A stretch of DNA of 64,000 nt from Alphaproteobacteria bacterium (lineage in GTDB: Bacteria; Pseudomonadota; Alphaproteobacteria; Rhizobiales; Xanthobacteraceae). Of the stretch, positions 31,453 through 43,967 are shown piece after piece. Location: NCBI GenBank assembly GCA_026400395.1, contig JAPLPD010000160.1, forward strand, positions 1,427 to 65,426. The letters are read 5' to 3'. The first letter of the stretch is position 1, and the number at the start of each line of letters is the position of its first letter. Made by a program: the position numbers and the translations under genes. Below the pieces are notes generated by a model, which worked only from the letters and a program-made list of their open reading frames with translations, searched no databases and was not told where the DNA came from.

Positions 31453-32330
31453 GTCTGTCCTCCCAATCGGCGATACACCTGATGCGCCACCACGAAATCG
31501 TTGCCGTCGATGCCGAGACCGCGGCAGGCGTTCATCATCTCGTTGGCAGCGGCGGCCAGCGGTGTGGGGCTACCGAGTTGCCGCGCGAGATTGAGCGCCA
31601 GCAGCATATCCTTTTGCTGCAGCGTGACGTCGGCTAGCGGCACCCACGGCATCTTGCCCTCGAGGATGAAAGGCCCGCGGTAGCCGAGCACCGGCGAAGC
31701 GGCCACGCTTTTCAGGATGGCGTCGACGGCGGCCTCGCGGGACACGCCGCCGATTTCGGCGAGCGCCACCGCTTCGCCAAAGCAGATCACCTCGACCATC
31801 AGGAGCAGATTGACCGCGATCTTCATCTGGCAGGCGAGCCCGTTGCCGCCGATGCGGGTGACCTTCGGCCCGATCGCCAGCAGCACCGGCTTTGCGCGTT
31901 CGAAGGCGTCTTCGTCGCCGCCGATCATCACGGACGCCTGACCGGCTTTCACGGTGACCGGGCTGCCCGAGAGCGGGCCGTCCAGCATGAACGTTCCGCC
32001 CTTGGCGAATTCGGCTGCAATCGACCGGCTGACGTCCGGCTCGATCGTGCTCATGTCGATGTAGATGCCGCCCTTGCGCAGGCCGGAAACGACGCCTTCG
32101 GGTCCGAGCGCGACGGCTTTGACCGCCGCCGAATCGGTCACGATCGAAAATACGATGTCGGAGGTTTCCGCCACCGCCCGCGGTGTCGCCGCGAACGCCA
32201 TGCCCGCGGCCATCAGCGGCTCGGCCTTGTCGCGCGAGCGGTTCCAGCCGGTGACCTTATGGCCGGCCTCCATCAGGCGGGGCACGATCAACGCGCCCAT
32301 GGCGCCAAGCCCGACAAATCCGATGTTCAC
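31449..32330 (-). CDS. NAD(P)-dependent oxidoreductase, 3-hydroxyisobutyrate dehydrogenase family
   Basis: IGFVGLGAMG, GWNRS, DMSTI, DGPLSGS, MKIAVN; GTG start. Confidence 0.9.
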   Translation of the reverse strand: MNIGFVGLGAMGALIVPRLMEAGHKVTGWNRSRDKAEPLMAAGMAFAATPRAVAETSDIVFSIVTDSAAVKAVALGPEGVVSGLRKGGIYIDMSTIEPDVSRSIAAEFAKGGTFMLDGPLSGSPVTVKAGQASVMIGGDEDAFERAKPVLLAIGPKVTRIGGNGLACQMKIAVNLLLMVEVICFGEAVALAEIGGVSREAAVDAILKSVAASPVLGYRGPFILEGKMPWVPLADVTLQQKDMLLALNLARQLGSPTPLAAAANEMMNACRGLGIDGNDFVVAHQVYRRLGGQT

Positions 32331-32354
32331 CCAGTGCCCCCCTATCGCCGCGGC

Positions 32355-32446
32355 GTCATGGCCGGACTTGGCCCGGCCGTCCACGCCTTTTGTTGATTTG
32401 CGTAGCTAAGCAAGACGTGGATGCCCGGCACAAGACCGGGCATGAC
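32355..32446. repeat. REP-like element (GTCATGGCCGG family), copy C
   Basis: GTCATGGCCGGACTTGGCCCGGCCGTCCACG...CGTGGATGCCCGGCACAAGACCGGGCATGAC. Confidence 0.85.
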
Positions 32447-32480
32447 TTGGAGGACTGGCGTGCAAAACGGGCAGGTCGGC

Positions 32481-33029
32481 CTACGGCAGCTTGTCGAAGC
32501 CTTCGCCGAGTCCCTTGAGACTGATCGGAAAGCCGATGCCTTCTTCCGGCGTCTGGAAGATGATGAAGGTCGCGGACTGGCCGGTCCGCATCTTGCCGAT
32601 GAGGGTGTCGTCCATGACCACCTCGGCGACGCAGCCGTTCGGTACGCAGCGCACGAAACCGGCGCGGCCGAGCTCAGTGTTATCGACTTTCAGCCCCAGG
32701 CCCGATGGTAGCAGGACGCCGGGCGGCGCAATCACCCGCATGATCCGGCTTTTCCGGTCCGCAGTTCGCAGAATGATCACGGTCAGGCCGATATTGGGCC
32801 GATCCTCGGCGGTGACGCTTTGAATCAGCACGCATTGCTCGGCTTGGGCGCCTGGAGGCGTGTCGCAGCGGATCTGCCAGTCGCCATGCACAGAGCGAAC
32901 TGTGCCCTGCGCATGGGCGCTACCGGATGACGTCATGACCGCCACGATTGTGGCGGCGAGAGCGATTGCACGCGAACCCGCGCCAAATCCGCGCGCTCGA
33001 AGCAAATGGCTGCCGAATTTGCCCATCAT
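32481..33029 (-). CDS. Invasion-associated locus B (IalB) family protein
   Basis: HGDWQIRCDTPPGA, CVLIQSV, GVLLPSGL, FVRCVPNGC, SLKG; divergent from coxB. Confidence 0.85.
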   Translation of the reverse strand: MMGKFGSHLLRARGFGAGSRAIALAATIVAVMTSSGSAHAQGTVRSVHGDWQIRCDTPPGAQAEQCVLIQSVTAEDRPNIGLTVIILRTADRKSRIMRVIAPPGVLLPSGLGLKVDNTELGRAGFVRCVPNGCVAEVVMDDTLIGKMRTGQSATFIIFQTPEEGIGFPISLKGLGEGFDKLP

Positions 33030-33461
33030 TCCGTTCCCGACCGGTTCGAATCCAGGCGGATGTGCACGAATCGCGCCTTCTTGGATACCATTGTGGTGCC
33101 TGTCTGAGCTACTGGCCGACCGCCAGGGGCGATGGGAAGTCACCGCCAAATGGCAATTCCGGCCGGTATGCAGACCGACATCTGCACCACCCATCGCCGT
33201 GTGGTGTCGTGTGGCGGACTTGGATCGGCGGTATATGAAAAAATACCTGGATTGTTCGCAGCGGACAAAGGCCCATGCACATTGCGAGTGCGCCAGAATT
33301 ATGGTTTGAGAAAGCAGGGAAATCCCCTCCCGCCGCACCGTCTGCCGAGAAGAGCGGCCCCTTCAGGGCGCCTGACCGGGAGCGGGTTTCGATCTGCAAC
33401 GACACGCCCGGTGCGGCCAGGACGCGTCACGATTGTTTTCGTCGAAGGAGCAAAGACGGCG

Positions 33462-34298
33462 ATGCTGGTGCTTAAGCGGTTGGCCGCTCTGGCGGCTGCG
33501 GTGATTCCCGGACTTTCCTGGGGCGATGTGGCGCTGGCCGGTTCCGGGCAGCCTTCGCCCTGGCAGCTGGGATTCCAGCAGGCGGCAACGCCGGTCATGG
33601 AAAACATCATATGGTTCCATGACTTCCTGCTCTACCTGACCGCCGCGATCACGATTTTCGTGCTGGTTTTGCTGGTGATCGTCATTGTGCGCTTCAACGC
33701 GCGCGCCAATCCGACGCCGTCGCGCACCACCCACAACACCCTTATCGAGGTGGTGTGGACCTTGGTGCCGGTGCTGATCCTGGTGGCGGTCGCGGTGCCT
33801 TCGTTCAAGCTTCTGTTCCTGGAACTCACCATTCCGCCCGCCGATGTGACCGTGAAGGCCACCGGCAAGCAGTGGTACTGGAGCTACAGCTATCCGGACG
33901 CCAAGTTCGAGTTCGACTCGCTGATGCTCAAGGACAACGAGCGCAAGGCCGATCAGCCGCGGTTGCTGGCGGTCGACAACGAGCTGGTGGTGCCGGTCAA
34001 CAAGGTGATTCGGGTCCAGGTCATCGGCTCCGACGTCATCCACGCCTTCGCCGTGCCTTCGTTCGGGGTCAAGATCGACGCCATTCCGGGCCGGTTGAAC
34101 GAGACCTGGTTCAAGGCGACACGCGAAGGCGTCTACTACGGCCAGTGCTCCGAGCTTTGCGGCCGCGATCATGCCTATATGCCGATCGCGGTGCGGGTGG
34201 TGAGCGACCGCGACTACACCGCCTGGCTCGATCAGGCGAAGAAGAAGTACGCCACCGACGACAGCCGTCCCGCGACGAACGTCATCGCGGCAAAGTAG
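33462..34298 (+). CDS. coxB: Cytochrome c oxidase subunit II
   Basis: GKQWYW, DVIHAF, GQCSELCGRDHAYM CuA motif. Confidence 0.97.
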   Translation: MLVLKRLAALAAAVIPGLSWGDVALAGSGQPSPWQLGFQQAATPVMENIIWFHDFLLYLTAAITIFVLVLLVIVIVRFNARANPTPSRTTHNTLIEVVWTLVPVLILVAVAVPSFKLLFLELTIPPADVTVKATGKQWYWSYSYPDAKFEFDSLMLKDNERKADQPRLLAVDNELVVPVNKVIRVQVIGSDVIHAFAVPSFGVKIDAIPGRLNETWFKATREGVYYGQCSELCGRDHAYMPIAVRVVSDRDYTAWLDQAKKKYATDDSRPATNVIAAK

Positions 34299-35968
<1,670 letters not shown>

Positions 35969-35969
<1 letters not shown>

Positions 35970-36931
35970 TGTCGCTGTTGAGCGAAAGAGCCAGTCTCGC
36001 CGCGCCATTGCCGGGCTCCCAAGCCGAGCCCAGCATGGCGGGCGCGGGCGATTACCTCGCCTTGATGAAGCCGCGGGTGATGTCGCTCGTGGTGTTCACC
36101 GCGCTTGCTGGACTGGTGGTTGCGCCCGGCCACATGCATCCGGTGCTGGCGTGCTTCTCGCTCATCTGCATCGCGGTGGGTGCCGGCTCGTCCGGCGCGT
36201 TCAACATGTGGTACGACGCCGATATCGACGCCGTGATGTCGCGGACGTCGGATCGTCCGGTTCCGGCCGGCCGCGTCCGTCCGGGCGAGGCGCTGGCGTT
36301 TGGCCTCGTGCTGGCCGGCTTCTCGGTCGTGTTCCTCGGCCTGATGATAAATCTTCTCGCGGCCGGTCTGCTGGCCTTCACGATTTTCTTCTACGTCGTG
36401 ATCTACACGATGTGGCTGAAGCGCTGGACGCCACTGAACATCGTGATCGGCGGAGCGGCCGGGGCATTTCCTCCGATGATCGGCTGGGCCGCCGCGACCG
36501 GCGGCATCGGCCTGGAATCGATCCTGCTGTTCCTCGTCATCTTTTTCTGGACGCCGCCGCACTTCTGGGCGCTGTCGCTCTATAGCGTCGAGGAATACCG
36601 CCGGGCGCGGGTGCCGATGCTGCCCGTGGTCGCCGGGCTGGACGAGACCCGCCGGCAGATCCTGATCTACAGCGCGTTGCTGGCGCCAGTCGGCGCGCTG
36701 CCGTGGCTGCTCGGCACCGCGGGGCTGGCCTACGGCTTCATCGCCATCGCGGGCGGCGCGGTGATGGTCGCGCTGTCCTGGCAGCTCCATCGCGCGCCGG
36801 ACAAACGCACCGCCAAGCGGCTGTTCGCCTTCTCGATCTTGTATCTGTTCGTGCTGTTCGCGGCGCTGATGGTCGAGCATGCGCTCGGCTTCCAGCAATT
36901 CGGCATCCCGTTCGGACGTGTGTTTGCATGA
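35969..36931 (+). CDS. cyoE: Protoheme IX farnesyltransferase (heme o synthase)
   Basis: [36 protein letters not shown]. Confidence 0.95.
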
Positions 36932-37104
36932 GCCTGGTGATGGATCAGCAGTCCAGCGAGCGTGGCATCGTCCTCTCGGCGGAGCAGAAGAGCCGCCGCC
37001 GCAGCCGTTCCATCGCGCTTGCCGTGGCGCTCGCCGTGTTTGTCGCCCTGATTTTCGCCGTGACCCTGGTCAAGGGACCCGGTGTCATGATTCGCCCGTT
37101 GTGA
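36928..37104 (+). CDS. Small membrane protein of the cox operon (CoxF-like)
   Basis: [13 protein letters not shown]...FAVTLVK; start and stop overlap the neighbouring genes. Confidence 0.7.
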   Translation: MSLVMDQQSSERGIVLSAEQKSRRRSRSIALAVALAVFVALIFAVTLVKGPGVMIRPL

Positions 37105-37109
37105 ACCAC

Positions 37110-37712
37110 ATGAACGATCAACTGGCTTCACCCATCCGCCGCCGCGACGCCGTCGTCGCGATGAGCTGCGGGCTATGCGTTGCCTTCATGGTTGGCGCTG
37201 CCTATGCGGCGGTGCCGCTGTACGACTGGTTCTGCCGCACCACCGGCTTCAATGGCCGGACCAAGGTTGCGATCGCCGGGCCCGCCGGGATGATCGACCG
37301 CACCGTGATCGTTCGGTTCGACGCCAACACCGGCCGGGGCCTGCCCTGGCGGTTCGAGCCGGAGCAGAACCAGATCGAGGTCAAGCTTGGCCAGGTGGTC
37401 ACCGTCAACTACCTCGTCATCAACGAGGCGGCCCGCCCGATCACGGCCACCGCGGCCTACAACGTCGCGCCGCTGAACGCCGGGTCGTATTTCCAGAAGA
37501 TCAACTGCTTCTGCTTCACCGAACAGACGTTGAAGGCCGGTGAGAAGCGCGAGATGCCGGTCGTGTTTTACGTCGATCCCGCCATGGTGAAGGATCCCGA
37601 CGGCAACGAACTCAACACCATCACGCTGTCCTACACGTTCTATCAGCAGCGCGAGCCGTCGCGGCCGCTGGCTGAAGCTACGCCGACCGGGCAGACGAAA
37701 TCGATTTACTGA
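37110..37712 (+). CDS. ctaG: Cytochrome c oxidase assembly protein (Cox11/CtaG)
   Basis: [16 protein letters not shown] copper motif, ITLSYTF. Confidence 0.93.
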   Translation: MNDQLASPIRRRDAVVAMSCGLCVAFMVGAAYAAVPLYDWFCRTTGFNGRTKVAIAGPAGMIDRTVIVRFDANTGRGLPWRFEPEQNQIEVKLGQVVTVNYLVINEAARPITATAAYNVAPLNAGSYFQKINCFCFTEQTLKAGEKREMPVVFYVDPAMVKDPDGNELNTITLSYTFYQQREPSRPLAEATPTGQTKSIY

Positions 37713-37731
37713 AAAGGGCTAGGAGACCGAA

Positions 37732-38598
37732 ATGGCCGAGGCGCACGCGAAACCGCATCACGACTACCACCTCGTCGAACCGAGCCCCTGGCCGGCGGTC
37801 GGCTCGGTGTCGGCTTTTGTGATGGCGGTCGGCGCGATCACCTGGATGCACCACATGTTCGCCGCCGCGCCGCTGGTGTTCGGCGCCGGCGTGATCGGCG
37901 TGCTCTACACGTTCATGAGCTGGTGGCGCGACGTGATCCGGGAAGCTCAGCACGAGGGCTATCACACCCGCGTGGTGCAGATATCTCACCGCTACGGCAT
38001 GATCCTGTTCATCGCCTCGGAGGTGATGTTCTTCGTCGCCTGGTTCTGGGCCTATTTCGACGTCGCGCTGTTCCCCAACGACGCGCACCATTTTGCGCGG
38101 ACCGAACTGATCGGCGGTGTCTGGCCGCCGGCTCCCGCCAAAGACGGCTCGTTCCGCGGCACCTTCGATCCGTGGAACCTGCCGCTGCTGAACACGCTGA
38201 TCCTGCTGACCTCGGGCACGACGGTGACCTGGGCGCATCACGCGCTGCTGCACGGCGACCGCAAGGGGCTGATCAACGGCCTTTGGATCACCGTCATCCT
38301 CGGCGCTATCTTCACCTGCGTGCAAGGCTACGAATACGCCCACGCGGCCTTCACCTATTCCGGCCACATCTACGGCGCCACGTTCTTCATGGCGACGGGC
38401 TTCCACGGCGCCCATGTGCTGATCGGCACTACATTTCTGATCGTCTGCCTGATCCGCGCCTATGCTGGGCACTTTACGCCGACGCAGCATCTCGGCTTCG
38501 AGTTCTGCGCCTGGTACTGGCACTTCGTCGACGTGGTCTGGCTGTTCCTGTTCGCCTGTATCTACGTCTGGGGCGGCGGAACGCCACTCGCCCACTGA
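37732..38598 (+). CDS. coxC: Cytochrome c oxidase subunit III
   Basis: HDYHLV.PSPWP, FIASEVMFF, GFHGAHV, WYWHFVDVVW. Confidence 0.97.
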   Translation: MAEAHAKPHHDYHLVEPSPWPAVGSVSAFVMAVGAITWMHHMFAAAPLVFGAGVIGVLYTFMSWWRDVIREAQHEGYHTRVVQISHRYGMILFIASEVMFFVAWFWAYFDVALFPNDAHHFARTELIGGVWPPAPAKDGSFRGTFDPWNLPLLNTLILLTSGTTVTWAHHALLHGDRKGLINGLWITVILGAIFTCVQGYEYAHAAFTYSGHIYGATFFMATGFHGAHVLIGTTFLIVCLIRAYAGHFTPTQHLGFEFCAWYWHFVDVVWLFLFACIYVWGGGTPLAH

Positions 38599-38622
38599 TC
38601 GTTTAAATTCGGATTCGATGCG

Positions 38623-38649
38623 AAGGGGCGGCCACAAGCCGCCCCTTTT
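38623..38649 (+). terminator. Rho-independent terminator after coxC
   Basis: AAGGGGCGGC-CACAA-GCCGCCCCTTTT. Confidence 0.7.
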
Positions 38650-38665
38650 GCGTTATCACCAACGG

Positions 38666-39028
38666 ATGACCGAGCCATCAAAACTTCCGATCCGAGCCGG
38701 CCTGACTTTCCGCTGTCCGCGCTGCGGCAAGGGACCGCTGTTTCAGGGCTTCCTTGACTTGCGGCCGCGCTGCGATGTGTGCGGCCTCGACTACGGCTTC
38801 GCCGACGCCGGTGACGGCCCGGCGGTGTTCATCATCCTGATCGCCGGCTTCATTGTGGTGGGCTGCGCGCTGGTGGCCGAATTCAAATACGAGCCGCCGC
38901 TTTGGCTGCACGCGGTGCTCTGGTTACCGTTGATCCTGGCAACGACGCTGTTGCCGCTGCGTTCGATGAAGGGCTTGATGGTCGAGCTGCAATACCACCA
39001 CAAGGCCGCCGAGGGCCGCCTGCAATGA
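38666..39028 (+). CDS. DUF983 family protein
   Basis: RCPRCGKG.LF, CDVCGLDY, DGPAVF. Confidence 0.85.
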   Translation: MTEPSKLPIRAGLTFRCPRCGKGPLFQGFLDLRPRCDVCGLDYGFADAGDGPAVFIILIAGFIVVGCALVAEFKYEPPLWLHAVLWLPLILATTLLPLRSMKGLMVELQYHHKAAEGRLQ

Positions 39029-39765
39029 CCGCTTGGCGCGGGGGCCTGCTGATCCCGGGCGTCGTGATGCTGCTGGCCGTCGCGGTGCTGCTGGGGCTCG
39101 GCACTTGGCAACTCGAGCGCAAGGGTTGGAAGGAAGCCCTGGTCGCGACGTTGGAGCAGCGGCAGAGCAATGCGCCGGTCGCCATGCCGCCGCCGGACGC
39201 CTGGTCCGCAATGACGCCGGACAATGCGGAGTTCACCCGAGTCCGCCTGCGCGCGTCGTTCGCGGGCACGGGCGACACGCTCGTCTACACCGGCGGTTCG
39301 TCGATCCGCGACGACGTCAAAGGCTCGGGCTATTTCGTGTTCACGCCGGCGCGGCTGCCCGATGGCCGGCAGGTCGTGGTCAATCGCGGGTTCGTGCCGG
39401 ACCGGAGCTATCCGGCGGCCAAGGGGGAGGCCGAGATCACAGGCTCGCTTCGCTGGCCGGAGCCGCCATCGATGTTCGTTTCGGAGCACGACGCGGCCGG
39501 CGACGTCTGGATGGTTCGCGACCCTTCGGCGATGGCGGCGTTGAAGGGCTGGGGGGCGGTCGCGCCGTTCTACATCGAGCAGGAGGCCCCGGTGCCGCCG
39601 GGCGGCCTGCCGCATCCGGCGCCGCTCAAGCCGCGCCTGCCGAACAATCACCTGCAATACGCCATCACCTGGTATGGGCTGGCGGCCGTTCTGGTGGTCA
39701 TGTTCGCCTTCTGGCTGGCCCGCAGAAGGCGCGAGACCGGCGGCGAAAAATCGAATAATACATAG
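39025..39765 (+). CDS. SURF1/Shy1 family protein
   Basis: LGTWQLERK.WK, VVNRGFVP, NNHLQYAITWYGL. Confidence 0.92.
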   Translation: MTAWRGGLLIPGVVMLLAVAVLLGLGTWQLERKGWKEALVATLEQRQSNAPVAMPPPDAWSAMTPDNAEFTRVRLRASFAGTGDTLVYTGGSSIRDDVKGSGYFVFTPARLPDGRQVVVNRGFVPDRSYPAAKGEAEITGSLRWPEPPSMFVSEHDAAGDVWMVRDPSAMAALKGWGAVAPFYIEQEAPVPPGGLPHPAPLKPRLPNNHLQYAITWYGLAAVLVVMFAFWLARRRRETGGEKSNNT

Positions 39766-39855
39766 TAAATTCATCAAGTTATGGTTTCCTTGTGAAACCA
39801 CGGGCATCCGCATAAGGTCGCAAAGGTCGCTCAAAGTCACGTTCAAAGGACGCTC

Positions 39856-41271
39856 GTGCGCTACATCTCCACCCGCGGCGAATCCCCGCCGCTTGGCTTC
39901 ATGGAAGTCACGCTCGCGGGTCTGGCCCGCGACGGCGGACTGTATGTGCCGGAAACCTGGCCACGCCTTTCGCCGGAGACCATCGCGGGCTTCGCTGGCC
40001 GGCCCTACGCCGAGGTAGCGGTCGAGGTGATCCGCCCGTTCGTCGGCGACAGCATCGCCGAGGCGGATCTTTCCCGGCTGGCGCGCGAAGCCTACGGCAC
40101 GTTCCGGCATCCGGCGGTGGCGCCACTCGCTCAATTCGGACCGAACACCTTCCTGCTCGAACTGTTCCACGGTCCGACACTCGCCTTCAAGGACGTCGCG
40201 ATGCAGCTTCTGGCGCGGCTGATGGACCACGCCCTGACGGAGCGCGGCGAGCGCACCACCATCGTGGTGGCGACCTCGGGCGACACCGGCGGCGCGGCGG
40301 TCGAAGCCTTCCGAGGCCGCGAGCGGGCCGATCTGTTCGTGCTCTATCCGCATGGCCGCGTCTCCGACGTGCAGCGGCGGATGATGACCGCGGCCAACGA
40401 CGACAACGTGCATGCGCTGGCGATCGACGGCACCTTCGACGACTGCCAGGCGCTGGTGAAGGGTCTGTTCAACCATCACGCGTTCCGCGACCGGGTGCGG
40501 CTGTCGGGCGTCAACTCGATCAACTGGGCGCGAGTCGTCGCGCAGGTGGTGTACTACTTCACCGCGGCGGCGACCCTCGGCGCGCCGCATCGCAAGGTCG
40601 CGTTCACCGTGCCGACCGGGAATTTCGGCGACGTCTTCGCGGGCTATGTGGCGCAGCGCATGGGATTGCCGATCGACCGGCTGGTGATCGCCACCAATGT
40701 CAACGACATTCTGGCGCGGACGATCTCCACCGGCACCTATGACGTGCGCGAAGTGGTGGCGACCGCCTCGCCGTCGATGGACATTCAGGTCTCGTCGAAT
40801 TTTGAGCGCATGCTGTTCGAGGCCAACGGCCGCGACGCCGCCGAGGTTCGGGCGCAGATGGCCTCGCTCACGCAGTCCGGTTCCTTCTCGCTGTCGACGC
40901 CGGCGCTGTCGCGCATCCGCGCGCTGTTCAGCGCCGACCGAGCCGACGAGGAAGAGACCGCGGCCACCATCCGCACGACGCTCCGCGAAACCTCGCGGCT
41001 GATCGACCCGCATACCGCCGTGGCGTTGGCTGTCGCGGAAAAGGAAACCCGCGATCCCGCGATGCCGATGATCGTGCTCGGCACCGCCCACCCGGCCAAG
41101 TTCCCCGACGCGGTTGAAGCGGCTTGCGGCGTTCGACCGGGCTTGCCGGACTGGCTTTCCGGCTTAACTGAACGGACGGAACGGACGGCTTCGATGCCGG
41201 TCGATCAGGCGAAAATCGAGAAATTCATCCTGGCGGCAAGCCGTGCCGCGCGTGAAGGAGCCGCGGCATGA
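39856..41271 (+). CDS. thrC: Threonine synthase
   Basis: YISTRG, ELFHGPTLAFKD (PLP Lys), ATSGDTG, VPTGNFG, TAHPAKF. Confidence 0.96.
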   Translation: MRYISTRGESPPLGFMEVTLAGLARDGGLYVPETWPRLSPETIAGFAGRPYAEVAVEVIRPFVGDSIAEADLSRLAREAYGTFRHPAVAPLAQFGPNTFLLELFHGPTLAFKDVAMQLLARLMDHALTERGERTTIVVATSGDTGGAAVEAFRGRERADLFVLYPHGRVSDVQRRMMTAANDDNVHALAIDGTFDDCQALVKGLFNHHAFRDRVRLSGVNSINWARVVAQVVYYFTAAATLGAPHRKVAFTVPTGNFGDVFAGYVAQRMGLPIDRLVIATNVNDILARTISTGTYDVREVVATASPSMDIQVSSNFERMLFEANGRDAAEVRAQMASLTQSGSFSLSTPALSRIRALFSADRADEEETAATIRTTLRETSRLIDPHTAVALAVAEKETRDPAMPMIVLGTAHPAKFPDAVEAACGVRPGLPDWLSGLTERTERTASMPVDQAKIEKFILAASRAAREGAAA

Positions 41272-42539
41272 GCGTTGAAGTCACTCGCCTCCCGTCCGGA
41301 CTGACGGTGATCACCGACAGCATGCCGCATCTCCAGACGGCCTCGCTGGGCGTGTGGGTCGGGTCCGGCAGCCGCGACGAGGAGCCGAACGAGCACGGCA
41401 TTTCGCACCTGCTCGAACATATGGCGTTCAAGGGCACCAAGCGGCGCTCGGCGCGGCAGATCGTCGAGGAGATCGAGCAGGTCGGCGGCGATCTCAACGC
41501 GGCGACCAGTTCCGAGACCACGGCATATTTCGCCGGGGTGCTGAAAACCGATGTGCCGCTCGCCCTCGACGTACTGTCCGACATCCTGGCGAATCCGACA
41601 TTCGATCCAGCCGAACTCAAGCGCGAGCAGAACGTAATCGTGCAGGAGATCGGCGCGGCCGACGACAACCCCGACGATCTGGTGTTTGACTATCTCCAAA
41701 CGACCGCGTTCCCGAACCAGCCTCTCGGTCGCGCGATTCTCGGCACGCGGGAAACCGTGTGCTCGTTCAAGGACGAAAACCTGCGCGGCTATCTGGCGCG
41801 CAACTACCGGGCCCCCGACATGGTGGTGGCCGCGACCGGCGCTGTGGATCACGTCTTGGTGGTCGCCGAGGCCGAGCGGCGCTTCGGCCATTTCAGCGGG
41901 CCGGCGGCGCCGCTGCCGCAGCCGGCAAGCTTCGTCGGCGGCATCAAGCTCGAAGCGCGCGATCTGGAGCAGGTCCATATCGCGCTGGCGCTTGAGGGGC
42001 TGGCGCAGAAGCACATCGATTATTTCAACCTCCAGGTGTTCACGATCATCCTTGGCGGCGGCATGTCATCGCGGCTGTTCCAGGAGGTGCGTGAGAAGCG
42101 CGGCCTTTGCTATTCGATCTCGGCGTTCCACGCTCCGTATTCCGACACCGGCATGTTCGGCATCTATGCCGGCACTGACGCGGGAGACGTGAAGGAACTG
42201 ATGAACGTCGCGGTGGACGAGACGGCGGCCGCCGCCGCCAACATCACCGAGGCCGAGGTCAATCGCGCCAAGGCCCAGATCAAGGTCAGCCTGCTGATGG
42301 CGCTGGAAAGCTCGGGCGCCCGCGCCCGCCAACTCGCCAACCAGATTCTGATCTATGGCCGTCCGCTGCCGGTGGAGGAGATGGTCGCGCGGATCGAGAA
42401 GGTGACGGTCGAGAGCACCCGCGCTGCCGGCACCGCCTTGATGGCGCGCGCGCGGCCGGCGATCGCCGCGCTCGGCCCGAGCAAGGGGCTTGAGGGAGCA
42501 GCGTCAATCGTGGAAAGTCTGACCCGCCGGGCAGCCTGA
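41268..42539 (+). CDS. M16-family zinc peptidase (PqqL/MPP-like)
   Basis: Inverted zincin motif HLLEHMAFKG, LNAATS, GMSSRLFQEVRE. Confidence 0.93.
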   Translation: MSVEVTRLPSGLTVITDSMPHLQTASLGVWVGSGSRDEEPNEHGISHLLEHMAFKGTKRRSARQIVEEIEQVGGDLNAATSSETTAYFAGVLKTDVPLALDVLSDILANPTFDPAELKREQNVIVQEIGAADDNPDDLVFDYLQTTAFPNQPLGRAILGTRETVCSFKDENLRGYLARNYRAPDMVVAATGAVDHVLVVAEAERRFGHFSGPAAPLPQPASFVGGIKLEARDLEQVHIALALEGLAQKHIDYFNLQVFTIILGGGMSSRLFQEVREKRGLCYSISAFHAPYSDTGMFGIYAGTDAGDVKELMNVAVDETAAAAANITEAEVNRAKAQIKVSLLMALESSGARARQLANQILIYGRPLPVEEMVARIEKVTVESTRAAGTALMARARPAIAALGPSKGLEGAASIVESLTRRAA

Positions 42540-42549
42540 AGTCTCACCG

Positions 42550-43137
42550 ATGGCGTTGTTTCGTACGCTGAGCGCACCTGGGCGGCTTCCGCCGATCGTT
42601 GGCGAAGGCGTCGTGTTGCGTTCGCCCCAGATGACGGATTTTCCCGCCTGGGCGGAGTTGCGCGAGGCGAGCCGCAAATTCCTGACGCCGTGGGAGCCGA
42701 TCTGGCCGGCCGACGATCTGACACGGCCGGCGTTTCGCCAACGGCTGCGGCGCTATGCCGAGGACATGCGGACCGATCAAGCCTATCCGTTCTTCCTGTA
42801 TCGCAGCGAGGACAACGCCCTTATCGGCGGGCTGGCGCTCGCCAACATCCGCCGCGGCGTGGCCCAGGCCGCTAGCCTGGGCTACTGGGTCGGCGCGCCC
42901 CATAGCCAGCGCGGCTACATGACGGCGGCGGTGCGGGCGCTGGTCCCGGCCGCGTTCGAACTGTTGCGGCTGCACCGGGTCGAGGCTGCCTGCATTCCGA
43001 CCAATTTGCCGTCGGTGCGGCTTCTGGAAAAGACCGGCTTCCGGCGGGAGGGCTATGCCCGGTCCTACCTGTGCATCAACGGGATATGGCAGGATCATCT
43101 GCTGTTCGCCAAGCTGCCGACCGATCCCCGCAGCTGA
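42550..43137 (+). CDS. RimJ-like GNAT N-acetyltransferase
   Basis: FLTPWEP, ASLGYW, LHRVEAACIPTN, GIWQDH. Confidence 0.88.
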   Translation: MALFRTLSAPGRLPPIVGEGVVLRSPQMTDFPAWAELREASRKFLTPWEPIWPADDLTRPAFRQRLRRYAEDMRTDQAYPFFLYRSEDNALIGGLALANIRRGVAQAASLGYWVGAPHSQRGYMTAAVRALVPAAFELLRLHRVEAACIPTNLPSVRLLEKTGFRREGYARSYLCINGIWQDHLLFAKLPTDPRS

Positions 43138-43279
43138 ATTGCGCCTTCTGGGGCGCGCCTCGATACCCGCCTTGGGGCCGCCACGTTCGATCTGCTATAA
43201 AATGCCGCTGGATTTACGGGACGTTAGCCATTGCGGACCTAAGCGTGGGCGGACTGAGCGTGGGGTGTGTGGGGTGTTT

Positions 43280-43942
43280 GTGCCTGAGTCCAAATTTCCG
43301 CGCGGTTCTCTTATCGCGGCGTCGGCCCTGCTGATCCCGATGCTGGCCGGCTGTTCGGCGATTCCTTCGATGCCGTCCATGCCCTCCTGGTTCAGCTCCA
43401 GCGGCTCCAACGCCAACGCGGCGGCGGTCGGCGGCCCGGCGCTGCCGGCAACCTTCGAATGTCCGCCGGTGCAGGTGCGCCCGGGCGCTTCGACGTTGAC
43501 CAACTCCGGCAATGCGGCCGAACCGACTGCCACGAACCTGCGGTATCAGGTGACCATCACCACGACGGCGCGCGAATGCCGGATGGGGCCGGGCAATTCG
43601 GTCATCATGAAGGTCGGCATGCAGGGCCGCGTCATTCTCGGCCCTGAGGGCGGTAACCCCAGCTTGGTCAACGTGCCGGTGCGGTTTGCCGTCGTGCGCG
43701 AAACTGTCGAGACCCAGGTGATCACGACCAAGCTCGACCGCGTTCCGGTGTCGATGCCGCCGAACGACACCAATGTGCTGTTTTCGCACGTTACCGAGGG
43801 GCTTGAGTTCCCGATGCCGCGCGGGGGCGACATCGACAATTACCTGGTCTATGTCGGTTTCGATTCGGCGGCCGCTGATCAGGAGCCGAAAAGGAAGCCA
43901 GCTCCGAAGGGCAAGCCGAAGGCCAGCCGCCCGACCGGTTAG
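43280..43942 (+). CDS. Conserved hypothetical lipoprotein
   Basis: Lipobox LAGC; CPPVQVRPGA, TARECR, GRVILGP; start codon uncertain (GTG at 43274 or 43280). Confidence 0.65.
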   Translation: MPESKFPRGSLIAASALLIPMLAGCSAIPSMPSMPSWFSSSGSNANAAAVGGPALPATFECPPVQVRPGASTLTNSGNAAEPTATNLRYQVTITTTARECRMGPGNSVIMKVGMQGRVILGPEGGNPSLVNVPVRFAVVRETVETQVITTKLDRVPVSMPPNDTNVLFSHVTEGLEFPMPRGGDIDNYLVYVGFDSAAADQEPKRKPAPKGKPKASRPTG

Positions 43943-43967
43943 AGCGATATTCAAGCCATCGAAAGGT

